DNA of 64,000 nt from Desulfuromonadales bacterium (lineage in GTDB: Bacteria; Desulfobacterota; Desulfuromonadia; Desulfuromonadales; JAWOCM01): positions 1,803 through 65,802 of the forward strand of contig JAWOCM010000040.1 in assembly GCA_046483795.1 (NCBI GenBank). The letters are read 5' to 3'. Positions 1 through 8,972 of this stretch are shown one piece after another; the stretch's first letter is position 1; the number at the start of each line of letters is the position of its first letter. The notes under the pieces are model-generated. The model was not told the origin of the DNA. It worked only from the letters and a program-made list of their open reading frames with translations, and searched no databases. The position numbers and the translations under genes are program-made.

Positions 1-784
1 GCGTCCCGAAATGGTTCAGGGTGATATCCGAATGGAGGATCTCGTAAGCGGCCAGCAGCCCCGAGTTTTCGGTGAGAGGAATATTGAGTTCTAATCCTCC
101 GTTTTGCTTGAGGAAGTTCGGTTGCTGGCTGGCCGAGGTAGAGCTTTCGAAATCATCCGTTGCGCCATCAGCGAGATGGAAAGCCGTCCATTCGTCCCGT
201 GTTCCGCGGTAGAAAACCGCGCCGCCGAACTCCGGTCGGGGATCGCGGGTTTTCATGTCGACAACACCGCCGACGAAATTCCCGTACCTGGCTGAAACGT
301 TGCTGCGGTAGACCGTGATGCTTTCCGCCAGCCGGCTGCGCAGGAAAACGGCCTGGGGATGTCCGGGAACACTGTCGATATCATTCGGTTCGTCAGCGGC
401 AGGGTCGAGATAGCTGTTGTTTCCGACACCGTCAATGCGAAAGTTGTTTTCGAAAATGCGGCCGCCGGAAATCGATATTTTGGCGGGAAGGATTTCGCCG
501 CCTTTGTCGGAAAGTCGATCCTCTTCCGGAAACTGTACGCCCGGAACAGTCTTGAGCGCCTCCGTCGCATCGCCGTCGCTGAGCGGGATTGTTTCAAGAT
601 CGGATTTCGTGACAACCGATTTGCCTGTTTCCCCTTCATGCGTTTTGACGCCGACGACAACGACGGCAGGAAGAGTTTTTTCTTCAGCGGAATCGGCTGC
701 GGAATCCTCCTCGGCGGCTGTTGACATGGCAAAATTGAAAGTAAGAAGAACGATGAAAAATGCACATTTGAACAAAAAAAACAT
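1..784 (-). CDS. TonB-dependent outer-membrane receptor, N-terminal part (signal peptide + plug); runs off the window edge
   Basis: Manual translation from ATG 784: MFFLFKCAFFIVLLTFNFAMSTAAEED...TLPAVVVVG (TonB-box-like)...ALKTVPGV...ISISGG...NNFRIDGVGNN...ITVYRSNVSARYGNFVGGVVDMKTR; open to base 1; absent from ORF track because it has no stop in the window. Confidence 0.85.
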   Translation of the reverse strand, partial: MFFLFKCAFFIVLLTFNFAMSTAAEEDSAADSAEEKTLPAVVVVGVKTHEGETGKSVVTKSDLETIPLSDGDATEALKTVPGVQFPEEDRLSDKGGEILPAKISISGGRIFENNFRIDGVGNNSYLDPAADEPNDIDSVPGHPQAVFLRSRLAESITVYRSNVSARYGNFVGGVVDMKTRDPRPEFGGAVFYRGTRDEWTAFHLADGATDDFESSTSASQQPNFLKQNGGLELNIPLTENSGLLAAYEILHSDITLNHFGT

Positions 785-863
785 TTAAACCGAACCTTGA
801 TTGGAATTTGCCACGGAAAGCTGGCACTTTGTACCCTGTATTCATGGGGATTAATTCGTTGGG

Positions 864-892
864 AGCCTAGATAACTACACTATGAATGTCAA
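864..892 (-). promoter_or_regulatory. sigma70-like promoter for the TonB receptor
   Basis: TTGACA(892-887)-17 bp-TAGGCT(869-864) on minus strand. Confidence 0.55.
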
Positions 893-947
893 GTAAAAGG
901 AGGGAGCGAACTCTGGCAGGAATACTCAGGATGGGAAAACCTGTGTT

Positions 948-3476
948 CTATTCGTTGCGCAGGAAAATCGCCGGTTTCTGTCCCAGCGCTTTCCATGTTC
1001 CCATCATTCCCAGTACCAGCGTCAGACCGATGCCGCTGACAAGGGTGAGCAGGACAGTGGCCGGATGGAGGCTGAAATCGGTGTCGAGCAATCCTTCAAG
1101 TATGCCGAATGCCGCGACGCTGCCGATGATGACGCCGAAAAATCCGGCAGCGATACCGAGGATCAGAAATTCCACGGCGAAGGTGGTGAGGATGTCACGG
1201 CGGGTGGCGCCGCAGACCTTGAAGATCACCGCATCCCGGATCCGCCGGTGCTGGTCCGCGGAGACGGCGCCGGCGAGAACGATCAGGCCGCTCAGCAGGG
1301 CGACTGCTGCGATCCCTTTGAAGGCGCCGCCGATGCGATCGATGGTCCGGGACACGTTGGCGAGCACTTCGCGGATATCGATAGCGGAGACGTTCGGAAA
1401 CCGGCCGGTTATTTCCTGAAAGACTCTTTCCGAACCACCCGGGACCGTGTGGACGGTGGCGATGTGGGTCCGGGGTGCGGATTCCAGAACCCCGGGTGAA
1501 AACAGAACGGCGAAATCGAGGTTGAGGCTTGACCAGTCGGCTTCGCGAAGATTTGCGATTTCACCGGTCATGCTGCGACCGAGCAGATTGACAGTGAGGG
1601 TATCGCCAATGCCGATGCCGAAGCCTTTGGCAAGATCGGATGTCAGCGAGATCAGAGGCGGACCGTCATAGTCGGTCGGCCACCACTGACCGGCGACAAT
1701 TTCGGTTTCAGCAGGTCGTTCGGCCGCATAGCTCAGATAGCGATCTCCCCGGACGGCCCATCGCACGTCGGGCGAGATGTCCGCGTTTTCCACCGGCACG
1801 TCGTCGATGGCGGTGATGCGACCACGCAGGGTGGGGGAACGTTCGTAACGGGTGACCTGCGGCAAAGAGCGAAGGGTCTCTTCAAAAGGATCGACCTGCT
1901 TTGGTTGAATATCGAGGAAGAAGAAAGCCGGTGCTTTCTCCGGAACTGTCGTCTCGACCAGATCGTTGAGGTTGGCCTGAACCAGCGCGATGATCACAAG
2001 GGCGGTCAATCCGAGGCCCATGGAGAAGAGAGTTCCCGCAGCGGGAGAGCCGCGACGGTGGATGTTGGCCAACCCCAGTCTCAGTCGGGGGTTGGCAGAA
2101 CGCGGCAGACGACGAACGCATTCGATCAGTCCGACGGCGGCAAAACGGAAGAAAACGAAGCAGCCTGCAGCTCCCAGAATGAACCAGAGCGCAAGACGAC
2201 GGTCGGCGCTGGTGAGCACGGCAAGAGTTGACAGGGCAATTGCGACAACGACAATGGCAATGCGAACGCCGGTGCCGGGATCCGCATCGGCGGAGCGGGT
2301 ATACCCCCGGAAGAGCACGGCCGGTGGAACCCGCAGGGCCACGGCGAGCGGCTTGAGGGAGAAGAGCAGGGCGACCAGGAATCCGAAAAGGGCGGAAACG
2401 GTCAGAACGCCGGGAAAGAGGGAGGGTTGCAGAGGGAAGGGAAGAAAGTCCCCGAACAGGTGCGCGGCCAGGAAAGGCAGTGCGGCCCCGACAGTCAGTC
2501 CGGCGAAGGAACCGATGGCCCCGAGGATGAGAACCTGGAGCAGATAGGCGGTAAAGAGAAGCCGACCGCTGGCGCCAAGGCACTTCATTGTAGCGATGTG
2601 AACGATCTTGCTGTCGAGGTAACCGCGGACGGCTCCGGACACCCCGAGGCCGCCGATCAGCAGGGCGCACAGTCCGATCAGGGTCAGATTGATCTCCAGG
2701 CGATCGAGAAAACTTCGTACGCGCGGCGCTGCCTGTTCCCAGGTGCGAATCCGCCAGCCGGCATCGGGAAAGGCCTGTTCCAGTTCCGATTTGACCTGGT
2801 CGGCGGCGGTGCGATCCGGCAATCGAAGACGGTAGGTATAGGTGACCAGTGCCCCCGGCTGCAGCAGTGCGGTCGAGGCGAGACCTTGCCGGCTTATCAT
2901 CACCCGCGGTCCCAGTGTAAAGGCACGCACGGTCCGGTCGGGCTCTGAATCGATAACGCCGCTGACTGAGAAGACTCCCTCACCTATCCGCAGATGATCG
3001 CCCACCTCCAGTTCGAGGCGTTGCAGCAAGATCTCTTCGACGACCGCTCCGAAGGTTTCATCCGCCTGCGAGAGGGCACCGGTCAGGGAGCGGGACGGCG
3101 TCAGTTCAATCTCCCCGTACAGGGGATATGTCCCGTCCACAGCCTTGAGTTCCACCAGGGCTCTCTGCTCCTTGCCCGACGCACCGGCCATGGCCCGCAT
3201 GCTGATCACTTCAGAGAGCTCTCCGCGCTCTTTCAGAAAATTCGACTGCTCCTGCGTCAGGGGCCGATGAACAAGGCGGACTTCGAGATCTCCGCCGAGC
3301 AGGGCGCTGGCGTCATCGAGAAGGGCTTTGCGAACCGATCCGGTGAAAGAGCCGATGGCGCTGATGGCGAAAACGCCGAGGAAAATGCAGACGAGAAAAA
3401 CCCCGAAACCACGCAGGCCGCCTCGAAGTTCCCGTTGGACGAGACGCAGCGCAGGTGAAATGAGTGGATCGCTCAT
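948..3476 (-). CDS. ABC transporter permease, double FtsX-like (YbbP family)
   Basis: 842 aa; LLGGDL motif, two blocks of TM helices, FFFLDIQ; overlaps the ATPase gene. Confidence 0.9.
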   Translation of the reverse strand: MSDPLISPALRLVQRELRGGLRGFGVFLVCIFLGVFAISAIGSFTGSVRKALLDDASALLGGDLEVRLVHRPLTQEQSNFLKERGELSEVISMRAMAGASGKEQRALVELKAVDGTYPLYGEIELTPSRSLTGALSQADETFGAVVEEILLQRLELEVGDHLRIGEGVFSVSGVIDSEPDRTVRAFTLGPRVMISRQGLASTALLQPGALVTYTYRLRLPDRTAADQVKSELEQAFPDAGWRIRTWEQAAPRVRSFLDRLEINLTLIGLCALLIGGLGVSGAVRGYLDSKIVHIATMKCLGASGRLLFTAYLLQVLILGAIGSFAGLTVGAALPFLAAHLFGDFLPFPLQPSLFPGVLTVSALFGFLVALLFSLKPLAVALRVPPAVLFRGYTRSADADPGTGVRIAIVVVAIALSTLAVLTSADRRLALWFILGAAGCFVFFRFAAVGLIECVRRLPRSANPRLRLGLANIHRRGSPAAGTLFSMGLGLTALVIIALVQANLNDLVETTVPEKAPAFFFLDIQPKQVDPFEETLRSLPQVTRYERSPTLRGRITAIDDVPVENADISPDVRWAVRGDRYLSYAAERPAETEIVAGQWWPTDYDGPPLISLTSDLAKGFGIGIGDTLTVNLLGRSMTGEIANLREADWSSLNLDFAVLFSPGVLESAPRTHIATVHTVPGGSERVFQEITGRFPNVSAIDIREVLANVSRTIDRIGGAFKGIAAVALLSGLIVLAGAVSADQHRRIRDAVIFKVCGATRRDILTTFAVEFLILGIAAGFFGVIIGSVAAFGILEGLLDTDFSLHPATVLLTLVSGIGLTLVLGMMGTWKALGQKPAIFLRNE

Positions 3477-4162
3477 GGCCCTTTCCCGGAGCCTTGAAGC
3501 AGCTGACCGTCCTCCATGCGGATAGTCCGTTGGCAGCGTGATGCCAGCGACCTGTCGTGGGTCACCAGGATCAGGGTCGTCTCTTGTTCGCGCTGCATGT
3601 CGAAAAGCCGATCCATGACCTTTGTGCCCGTTTCACTGTCGAGGTTCCCGGTCGGCTCGTCGGCCAGTATCAGTGATGGCCGGGCAACGAATGCACGGGC
3701 CAGAGCCACGCGTTGCAGTTCCCCGCCGGAAAGCTGGCCTGGGAAATGCTGCATCCGGTGACCGAGGCCGGTGTCTTTCAGAGCCTCGGCTGCGCGTTGT
3801 GCGGCATCACGATTTCCGGCGAACTCTAACGGCAGCGCCACGTTTTCCAGGGCGGTCATGGTCGGTACAAGGTGGAAGGCCTGAAAAACGATGCCCACAT
3901 GCCGGCGACGGAACCGGGCCAGTTCATCTTCGTCCATGGTCGAAAGATCCTGCCCCGCGACTTCGATGCTCCCCCTGTTCGGTTTTTCCAGCCCAGAGAG
4001 GGCCATGAGAAGGGTCGTCTTTCCGGCTCCGGAGGGGCCGATCACGCAGAGGGTTTCTCCCCGGTTCACAATCAGGTCGATCCCCTGAAGGATATTGACG
4101 GTTCCGCTGCCGCCGACTAGACTAAGGTGAATATCGCGGATATCGATGATAGGTGACGACAT
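3473..4162 (-). CDS. ABC transporter ATP-binding protein (YbbA/LolD-like)
   Basis: Walker A GPSGAGKT, LSGGE, ILADEPTGNLD; start taken at MSSPII (4162). Confidence 0.92.
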   Translation of the reverse strand: MSSPIIDIRDIHLSLVGGSGTVNILQGIDLIVNRGETLCVIGPSGAGKTTLLMALSGLEKPNRGSIEVAGQDLSTMDEDELARFRRRHVGIVFQAFHLVPTMTALENVALPLEFAGNRDAAQRAAEALKDTGLGHRMQHFPGQLSGGELQRVALARAFVARPSLILADEPTGNLDSETGTKVMDRLFDMQREQETTLILVTHDRSLASRCQRTIRMEDGQLLQGSGKGP

Positions 4163-4880
4163 GAAAACTCCATGGACAATAATCATTACGCTGGTCGCTG
4201 CGGTGTTTCTTTTCAGCGGCGGCGCAGCAGCGGCGAAACAGAGCGACGGGTCGGCAATCCGCGTCGCCGTCCTCGGCGACAGTCTGGGAGCCGGGCGCGG
4301 ACTGCCCGCTGCAAAGGCTTTTCCGGTGCGGCTCGGAGTGGCCTTGAGCGAGCAGGGCTATGATGTCGATGTGCTCGATATGAGCGTCTCCGGAGATACC
4401 ACCGCTGGCGGACTGGCCCGTCTGGAGTGGCTGCTGGAGGCGCAACCCGACCTGGTGATCGTCGAACTCGGGGGCAACGATGCCCTGCGAGGCCTGGATC
4501 CAGACCGAACCCGGTCCAATCTCGATGCCATCCTCTCGCGCCTCAAAAAGGCCGACGTCACTGTTCTTCTTGCCGGCATGAGAGCACCGCGCAACCTGGG
4601 CAGTGAATATTATAACAAATTCGATCGCATTTATCCCGAGCTGGCTGAAAAGCACAGTGTGGCATTGTACCCCTTCTTCCTGGAGGGCGTTGCGGGACAT
4701 CCCGAAATGAATCAGTCGGACGGGATCCATCCGACAGCCGAAGGGATCGAGGAGATCGTTCGTCGCATTCTGCCGATGGTAAGAAGGCTTTTGGAGGAAC
4801 AAGTGGCTTCTGGCCCGTCTTCATTCCTGACTTTCGCTATCAACCGCCTGGTGGATGTGCTACCATCCGCCCCTGTTTAG
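4161..4880 (+). CDS. Arylesterase / acyl-CoA thioesterase I (TesA-like SGNH hydrolase), secreted
   Basis: Signal peptide, GDSL, GDTT, GGND, DGIHP blocks; same synteny as tesA-ybbA-ybbP. Confidence 0.9.
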   Translation: MKTPWTIIITLVAAVFLFSGGAAAAKQSDGSAIRVAVLGDSLGAGRGLPAAKAFPVRLGVALSEQGYDVDVLDMSVSGDTTAGGLARLEWLLEAQPDLVIVELGGNDALRGLDPDRTRSNLDAILSRLKKADVTVLLAGMRAPRNLGSEYYNKFDRIYPELAEKHSVALYPFFLEGVAGHPEMNQSDGIHPTAEGIEEIVRRILPMVRRLLEEQVASGPSSFLTFAINRLVDVLPSAPV

Positions 4881-4960
4881 CAGGTTTATCAGCAGTAGTG
4901 CAAACTCTTCACTCATTGCATCCCAGCCCTAAATAACCCATTTCAAGGTGGTACACGACG

Positions 4961-5332
4961 ATGAAGCAGAATCCGATATTCATGACAGGCCTTGCCGTTT
5001 TCAGCGGCCTCGTCTCTTTCATGTTCGTCTTTTACGGCGTGACGATCCTGACAGCGGCGCAGGTGCCTGACTGGGCGAAGATCTATGCCTACGTGGCCGC
5101 CGGATACGGTCTGGGCAATGTCTATATTCTCAGCTCCGCCTGGCGCACCAATGAGACCTGGCCGGTGTGGGCCAACAAGCTCATCGCCATCTGTTTTTTC
5201 GGGGTTTTCCTCATAGACAAGTGGAGAGGCGGCATGGAAAGCGGCATGGAATTCGCCGGCATCGCTATTGTTGCGGCGGTTCTCGGGATGAACTGGTACG
5301 CCGTCAGGGAACTCTCCCGCCGGACTGCTTGA
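4961..5332 (+). CDS. Hypothetical 4-TM membrane protein
   Basis: 123 aa, four hydrophobic segments, fills the gap between genes. Confidence 0.75.
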   Translation: MKQNPIFMTGLAVFSGLVSFMFVFYGVTILTAAQVPDWAKIYAYVAAGYGLGNVYILSSAWRTNETWPVWANKLIAICFFGVFLIDKWRGGMESGMEFAGIAIVAAVLGMNWYAVRELSRRTA

Positions 5333-5347
5333 AAAGACAGTGGGGTT

Positions 5348-6328
5348 CTAAAGCGCTTTGCCGACGATGGTCGAGATCAGATATCCCGTGTAAGCCAGGT
5401 ACGAAACCACCAAAATCCCTCCTTCGAGGCGATTGATACGTCCTGTCGTCCTGCCGAATCCGTAACCCAGGATAAACAGGGAGACGGTCAGGAGTCCCAT
5501 GACAACCATATCGCGGGACATGACCTCGGCGGCAACGGGTGTCGGATGAATTGCTCCGGCGATTCCCACGACCGCGAGAGTATTGAAGAGGTTGGAACCC
5601 AGCACGTTGCCCAGGGCGATATCGTGCTCGCCTTTGCGAGCGGCGGCGATGGCCGAGGCCAGTTCCGGCAGCGAGGTGCCGACCGCCACAATCGTCAATC
5701 CGATGATCAGGTCGCTCACGCCGAAAGAGACGGCGATATCCACGGCTCCCCATACGAGAATCCGCGAGCTGACGATCAGCAGCACCATTCCCACCATCAG
5801 TAGCCGCACTGCCTTGGCGAGCGGAATCCGGTGAGCCGCCAATTCCTGTTTCATTTCCGCTCCCAGTGCATCGTCCCCCTGTCGAAGCCCCTGCCAGACC
5901 GTCCAGGTCATAAGGGCAGCGAAAACTCCGAGAAGAACCACTGCGTCGATGCGGCTCAAAAAGCCGTCCTGGAGTTGCCAGGCCGCCAGGGCCGTGACGG
6001 CCGCGAGGATCGGCAACTCCTTTTTCAGGATCCCGGAATGAACGGCGATGGGACTGACCAGAGCGGTCAGGCCCAGGATCAAACCGATGTTGGAGATATT
6101 CGAGCCGTAGGCATTGCCCAGAGCCAGACCGGGGTTGCCCTGATAGGAGGAGATGGCCGAAACGACCATTTCCGGAGCAGAGGTGCCGAAGCCGACGATG
6201 ACCATCCCGATCAGCAGGGGCGAGAGGCCGAAATGGCCAGCCGTTGCCGCGGCGCCTTCGATAAAACGGTCGGCACTCCAGACGAGAAGGGCCAGTCCGG
6301 CCACGACGGCAAGAAAAGGCAGTGTCAT
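5348..6328 (-). CDS. Calcium/sodium antiporter (YrbG family)
   Basis: Alpha repeats GTSAPE/GNAYGSN and GTSLPE/GNVLGSN; start MTLPF at 6328 after AAGGA RBS. Confidence 0.92.
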   Translation of the reverse strand: MTLPFLAVVAGLALLVWSADRFIEGAAATAGHFGLSPLLIGMVIVGFGTSAPEMVVSAISSYQGNPGLALGNAYGSNISNIGLILGLTALVSPIAVHSGILKKELPILAAVTALAAWQLQDGFLSRIDAVVLLGVFAALMTWTVWQGLRQGDDALGAEMKQELAAHRIPLAKAVRLLMVGMVLLIVSSRILVWGAVDIAVSFGVSDLIIGLTIVAVGTSLPELASAIAAARKGEHDIALGNVLGSNLFNTLAVVGIAGAIHPTPVAAEVMSRDMVVMGLLTVSLFILGYGFGRTTGRINRLEGGILVVSYLAYTGYLISTIVGKAL

Positions 6329-6610
6329 GAAATTGCAGTCCTTCTTCAGTTTTTGCAGTCTTGTGAGGAACAGACAATCGGATATTTCAGGCTCCCCGGG
6401 GTGCCCTTTGTCCCGAAACCGCAGAGAGTATAACAAAAACCGTTGTAACGGAAATGAAATCCCGGCAACTCTCACGTCAATGCCGTTCTCCACCTGAGAA
6501 AGCTCGCCCCCTGTTCAGTGGCTGCCATGATCTGGTATGATGACAGAAAAAGACCCGCTATACGGTAACCTTGCGAACGATGAAACCATAGCCACGACCG
6601 GAGAATCAGA

Positions 6611-6838
6611 GTGAAGACTGAAGAGACGATATCCCTCGACTGCCCTTGCTGCGGCGAACTGATCTACAAGCCCTTGAGCTGGTTCAAGAAGACGTATTCC
6701 ACCTGTCCTGCCTGTGATGGAGGTCTGGCGTCCAGACAGTTTGAGGCTGCTGTGGAAGAGATTGAGAAGGCCCTTGACGACCATGTCGAAGAGATCCTTT
6801 ACGGCAAATCATCTTCGGGCTGCTGCGGATGCCATTGA
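6611..6838 (+). CDS. Small Cys-rich hypothetical protein (zinc-ribbon-like)
   Basis: CPCC...CPAC plus C-terminal GCCGCH; GGAG RBS before GTG. Confidence 0.7.
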   Translation: MKTEETISLDCPCCGELIYKPLSWFKKTYSTCPACDGGLASRQFEAAVEEIEKALDDHVEEILYGKSSSGCCGCH

Positions 6839-6917
6839 TCCCTTGCTGCCGTCCGGAAACAGGATGTGCGTTCAAAGCAGGAATGGGCGGAAACCGCCAT
6901 CGCAGGTCACGACGTTT

Positions 6918-7457
6918 TTATTTGGATCCGCCTGAAATGGAGATATCGACACTCAGTTCGTCGGCCACAGCAGAGAGACTGTTTTCAAGACTGTCCGGTG
7001 TCATTCCTTCGGGCAGCTGAACGTCGATGTCCATCAGGTAGATCGCCGTGCCGCTCCCCGGGGATGCTTTGACGGATGATTTCAGATCGACGATGTCGAC
7101 ATTTTTGTCGGCCAGATGCTGGCTGATCCTGTAAACGATCCCGGCCTGATCCATCCCTTCGACCTGAAGCGAACAGTCGGCGGGAGGCGTCTGATCCGTC
7201 TCCTGCCGTTCCCCCACGGGACGCATGAATGCCGATATCCCTTTGTCCATTTCCAGTCTTCGGCATTCCTTCTGCAATTGTTCTACGGTCTCGGCATCCG
7301 GACAAGTCAAAAGAAGAATCAAGGTGAATTCGTCCGCCAGACGGGTCATCGAGTTGTCTTCAAGATTGCAGCCATTTTCATAGAGTATTCGGGTGACGTC
7401 GGCTGCGATGCCCGGACGATTCTTGCCGAAGGCTGTCAGTATGAATCGTTTGTTCAT
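6918..7457 (-). CDS. Double ACT-domain protein (GcvR-like)
   Basis: ILTAFGKNRPGI and VEGMDQAGIV ACT motifs; AGGAG RBS. Confidence 0.85.
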   Translation of the reverse strand: MNKRFILTAFGKNRPGIAADVTRILYENGCNLEDNSMTRLADEFTLILLLTCPDAETVEQLQKECRRLEMDKGISAFMRPVGERQETDQTPPADCSLQVEGMDQAGIVYRISQHLADKNVDIVDLKSSVKASPGSGTAIYLMDIDVQLPEGMTPDSLENSLSAVADELSVDISISGGSK

Positions 7458-7554
7458 GATTATCTCCTGCTGTGGATGTGTCGATATGGGGGTTGGCGTC
7501 TTTCAAATGGTGGTCCATTGATTTTTTAACATGTCCGCAAAATGAGTTCAAACG

Positions 7555-7588
7555 AAAGAACGGCCCGTTTTTAAGCGGGCCGTTCTTT
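7555..7588. terminator. Intrinsic terminator hairpin after the ferredoxin gene
   Basis: AAAGAACGGCCCG...CGGGCCGTTCTTT. Confidence 0.7.
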
Positions 7589-7615
7589 GTACATCATGGT
7601 GTGTCATTCCAGGGA

Positions 7616-7801
7616 TCAGGCGTTCGTTTCTTCCCACTTGATAGCATCCACAGGGCAAACATCATCGCAGGCGCCGCAGTCGATGCAAGTGTCCTGGTCG
7701 ATGACAAAATTCGGTTCATCAGCACTGATCGCATCGACCGGGCAGACCGGCTCGCAGGCTCCGCACATCGTGCAATCGTCGACAATGTAATGCGTTCCCA
7801 T
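7616..7801 (-). CDS. 2[4Fe-4S] ferredoxin
   Basis: CTMCGACEPVCP and CIDCGACDDVCP; start MGTHY at 7801 after AGGAGG. Confidence 0.95.
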   Translation of the reverse strand: MGTHYIVDDCTMCGACEPVCPVDAISADEPNFVIDQDTCIDCGACDDVCPVDAIKWEETNA

Positions 7802-7965
7802 AAGTCTTTCCTCCTTTTTCCTTTTTTTGGTTGTCTGAATATGAACTATACCTATTATTCCCGATGATGCAATTCCTGTGGGAACAAAGATAGAGCACAC
7901 TCAGAAAAGGAGGGGCACACTTTTTTCACGGAGCGGTATTTGGGGAAACGGAGATTGGCCGGAGG

Positions 7966-8178
7966 TCATGCTCTCCACAAGGTCCATGCCAGATCGTTTT
8001 TGTTCGTGCTTCGAGTGAATTTTGCTGCACATCTCAGGCACTGAAAATCCTGCTCCTCGAAGCCTTTGGGGTACGATCCCTTGAACAGGCGAGGTTCTTC
8101 TAGCTTTGTCAAGTATTCGTGTGGCTTTCCGTTGCGGGATTTTTTTGACTGGTCTTCACACAGGGGACAGATTTCCAT
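7966..8178 (-). CDS. Small hypothetical CxxC/CxxC protein
   Basis: 70 aa, CPLC...H...CLRC. Confidence 0.7.
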   Translation of the reverse strand: MEICPLCEDQSKKSRNGKPHEYLTKLEEPRLFKGSYPKGFEEQDFQCLRCAAKFTRSTNKNDLAWTLWRA

Positions 8179-8236
8179 TTCACACTCTCGCTCATCTTTT
8201 GCTCTTGTCGCTCTCCCTGTCGGGAAAGCAGACGCT

Positions 8237-8641
8237 TTATTTGCAGCGCATCGTTTTCATGCCGTCTTCGAAGAGAACCTCGACCTTTCGCGGACCGGAC
8301 AGGCGCTGAACGAGTCCGAAGCCGAAAACGGGATGGCTGATCAGGGCATTGACCTTGTACTTGTCCGTCATGCAATACTCGTTCGCCCGGGCGGTATTCA
8401 TTTCGGGTCGAAGAGTGGCCCATTCCTTGCGAGCGGCTGCGTTCGGATCTGCGGGACGTCTTCCTGCTGCTTTCCGGGGAACGGAAGGCGGGCGATATTT
8501 GTGCTGGCGGTGGCAGATACTGCACTCGACCTTGACCGGGGCCCCTTCCTCCACTGTGAGAATTGTGTGACTGTTGTTCTTGCGGCATTTGGTGCAGCGT
8601 GCCTCGATCGGATCATCGGGCGAATAAGTTGCGCTTTCCAT
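8237..8641 (-). CDS. Hypothetical protein with zinc-ribbon N-terminus and SH3/Tudor-like C-terminus
   Basis: CTKC...H...CSIC; HPVFGFGLV...VEVLF; AGGGAG RBS before ATG 8641. Confidence 0.8.
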   Translation of the reverse strand: MESATYSPDDPIEARCTKCRKNNSHTILTVEEGAPVKVECSICHRQHKYRPPSVPRKAAGRRPADPNAAARKEWATLRPEMNTARANEYCMTDKYKVNALISHPVFGFGLVQRLSGPRKVEVLFEDGMKTMRCK

Positions 8642-8892
8642 TGTGTGACTCCCTTGATTGCAACGAGCCAAGATATGGCCGATAAACCCCAGGGAGACGA
8701 CTGGAATCTACGGATCAGGCTTGACCGGTTGACATGTGCTGAAAACCCGTCACGTTCCCCCGGTTCGCTTCAGCCCGTGACGTCATCTCCGTACGGGTTG
8801 AGAGGTGCGGATGTGTTATGAGGGAGGGTTCGAGGCGGATAAGCTACTTTCTATACTACATGTTTTCGGGAATAAAAGATACTTGGCTGACA

Positions 8893-8936
8893 GAAAAAAG
8901 ACAAAGCCCCAATTCCTGTCGGAACCGGGGCTTTGT
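8893..8936 (-). terminator. Intrinsic terminator of the fumarase gene
   Basis: ACAAAGCCCC...GGGGCTTTGT stem followed by a T-run on the minus strand. Confidence 0.75.
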
Positions 8937-8972
8937 TCGTCAATGGGGATAAAGAAGAATTCTCAGGACTTT

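Noticed and set aside
104-788. Four short ORFs listed in the track (104-295, 253-765, 359-724, 417-788)
   Set aside because: All overlap the real TonB-receptor frame, which the track omitted because it runs off the edge.
6329-6493. Possible yybP-ykoY riboswitch or N-terminal extension upstream of the Ca/Na antiporter
   Set aside because: No GGGGAGTA/CGTCA/GAGACC core; the extension is not YrbG-like and the RBS favours ATG 6328.
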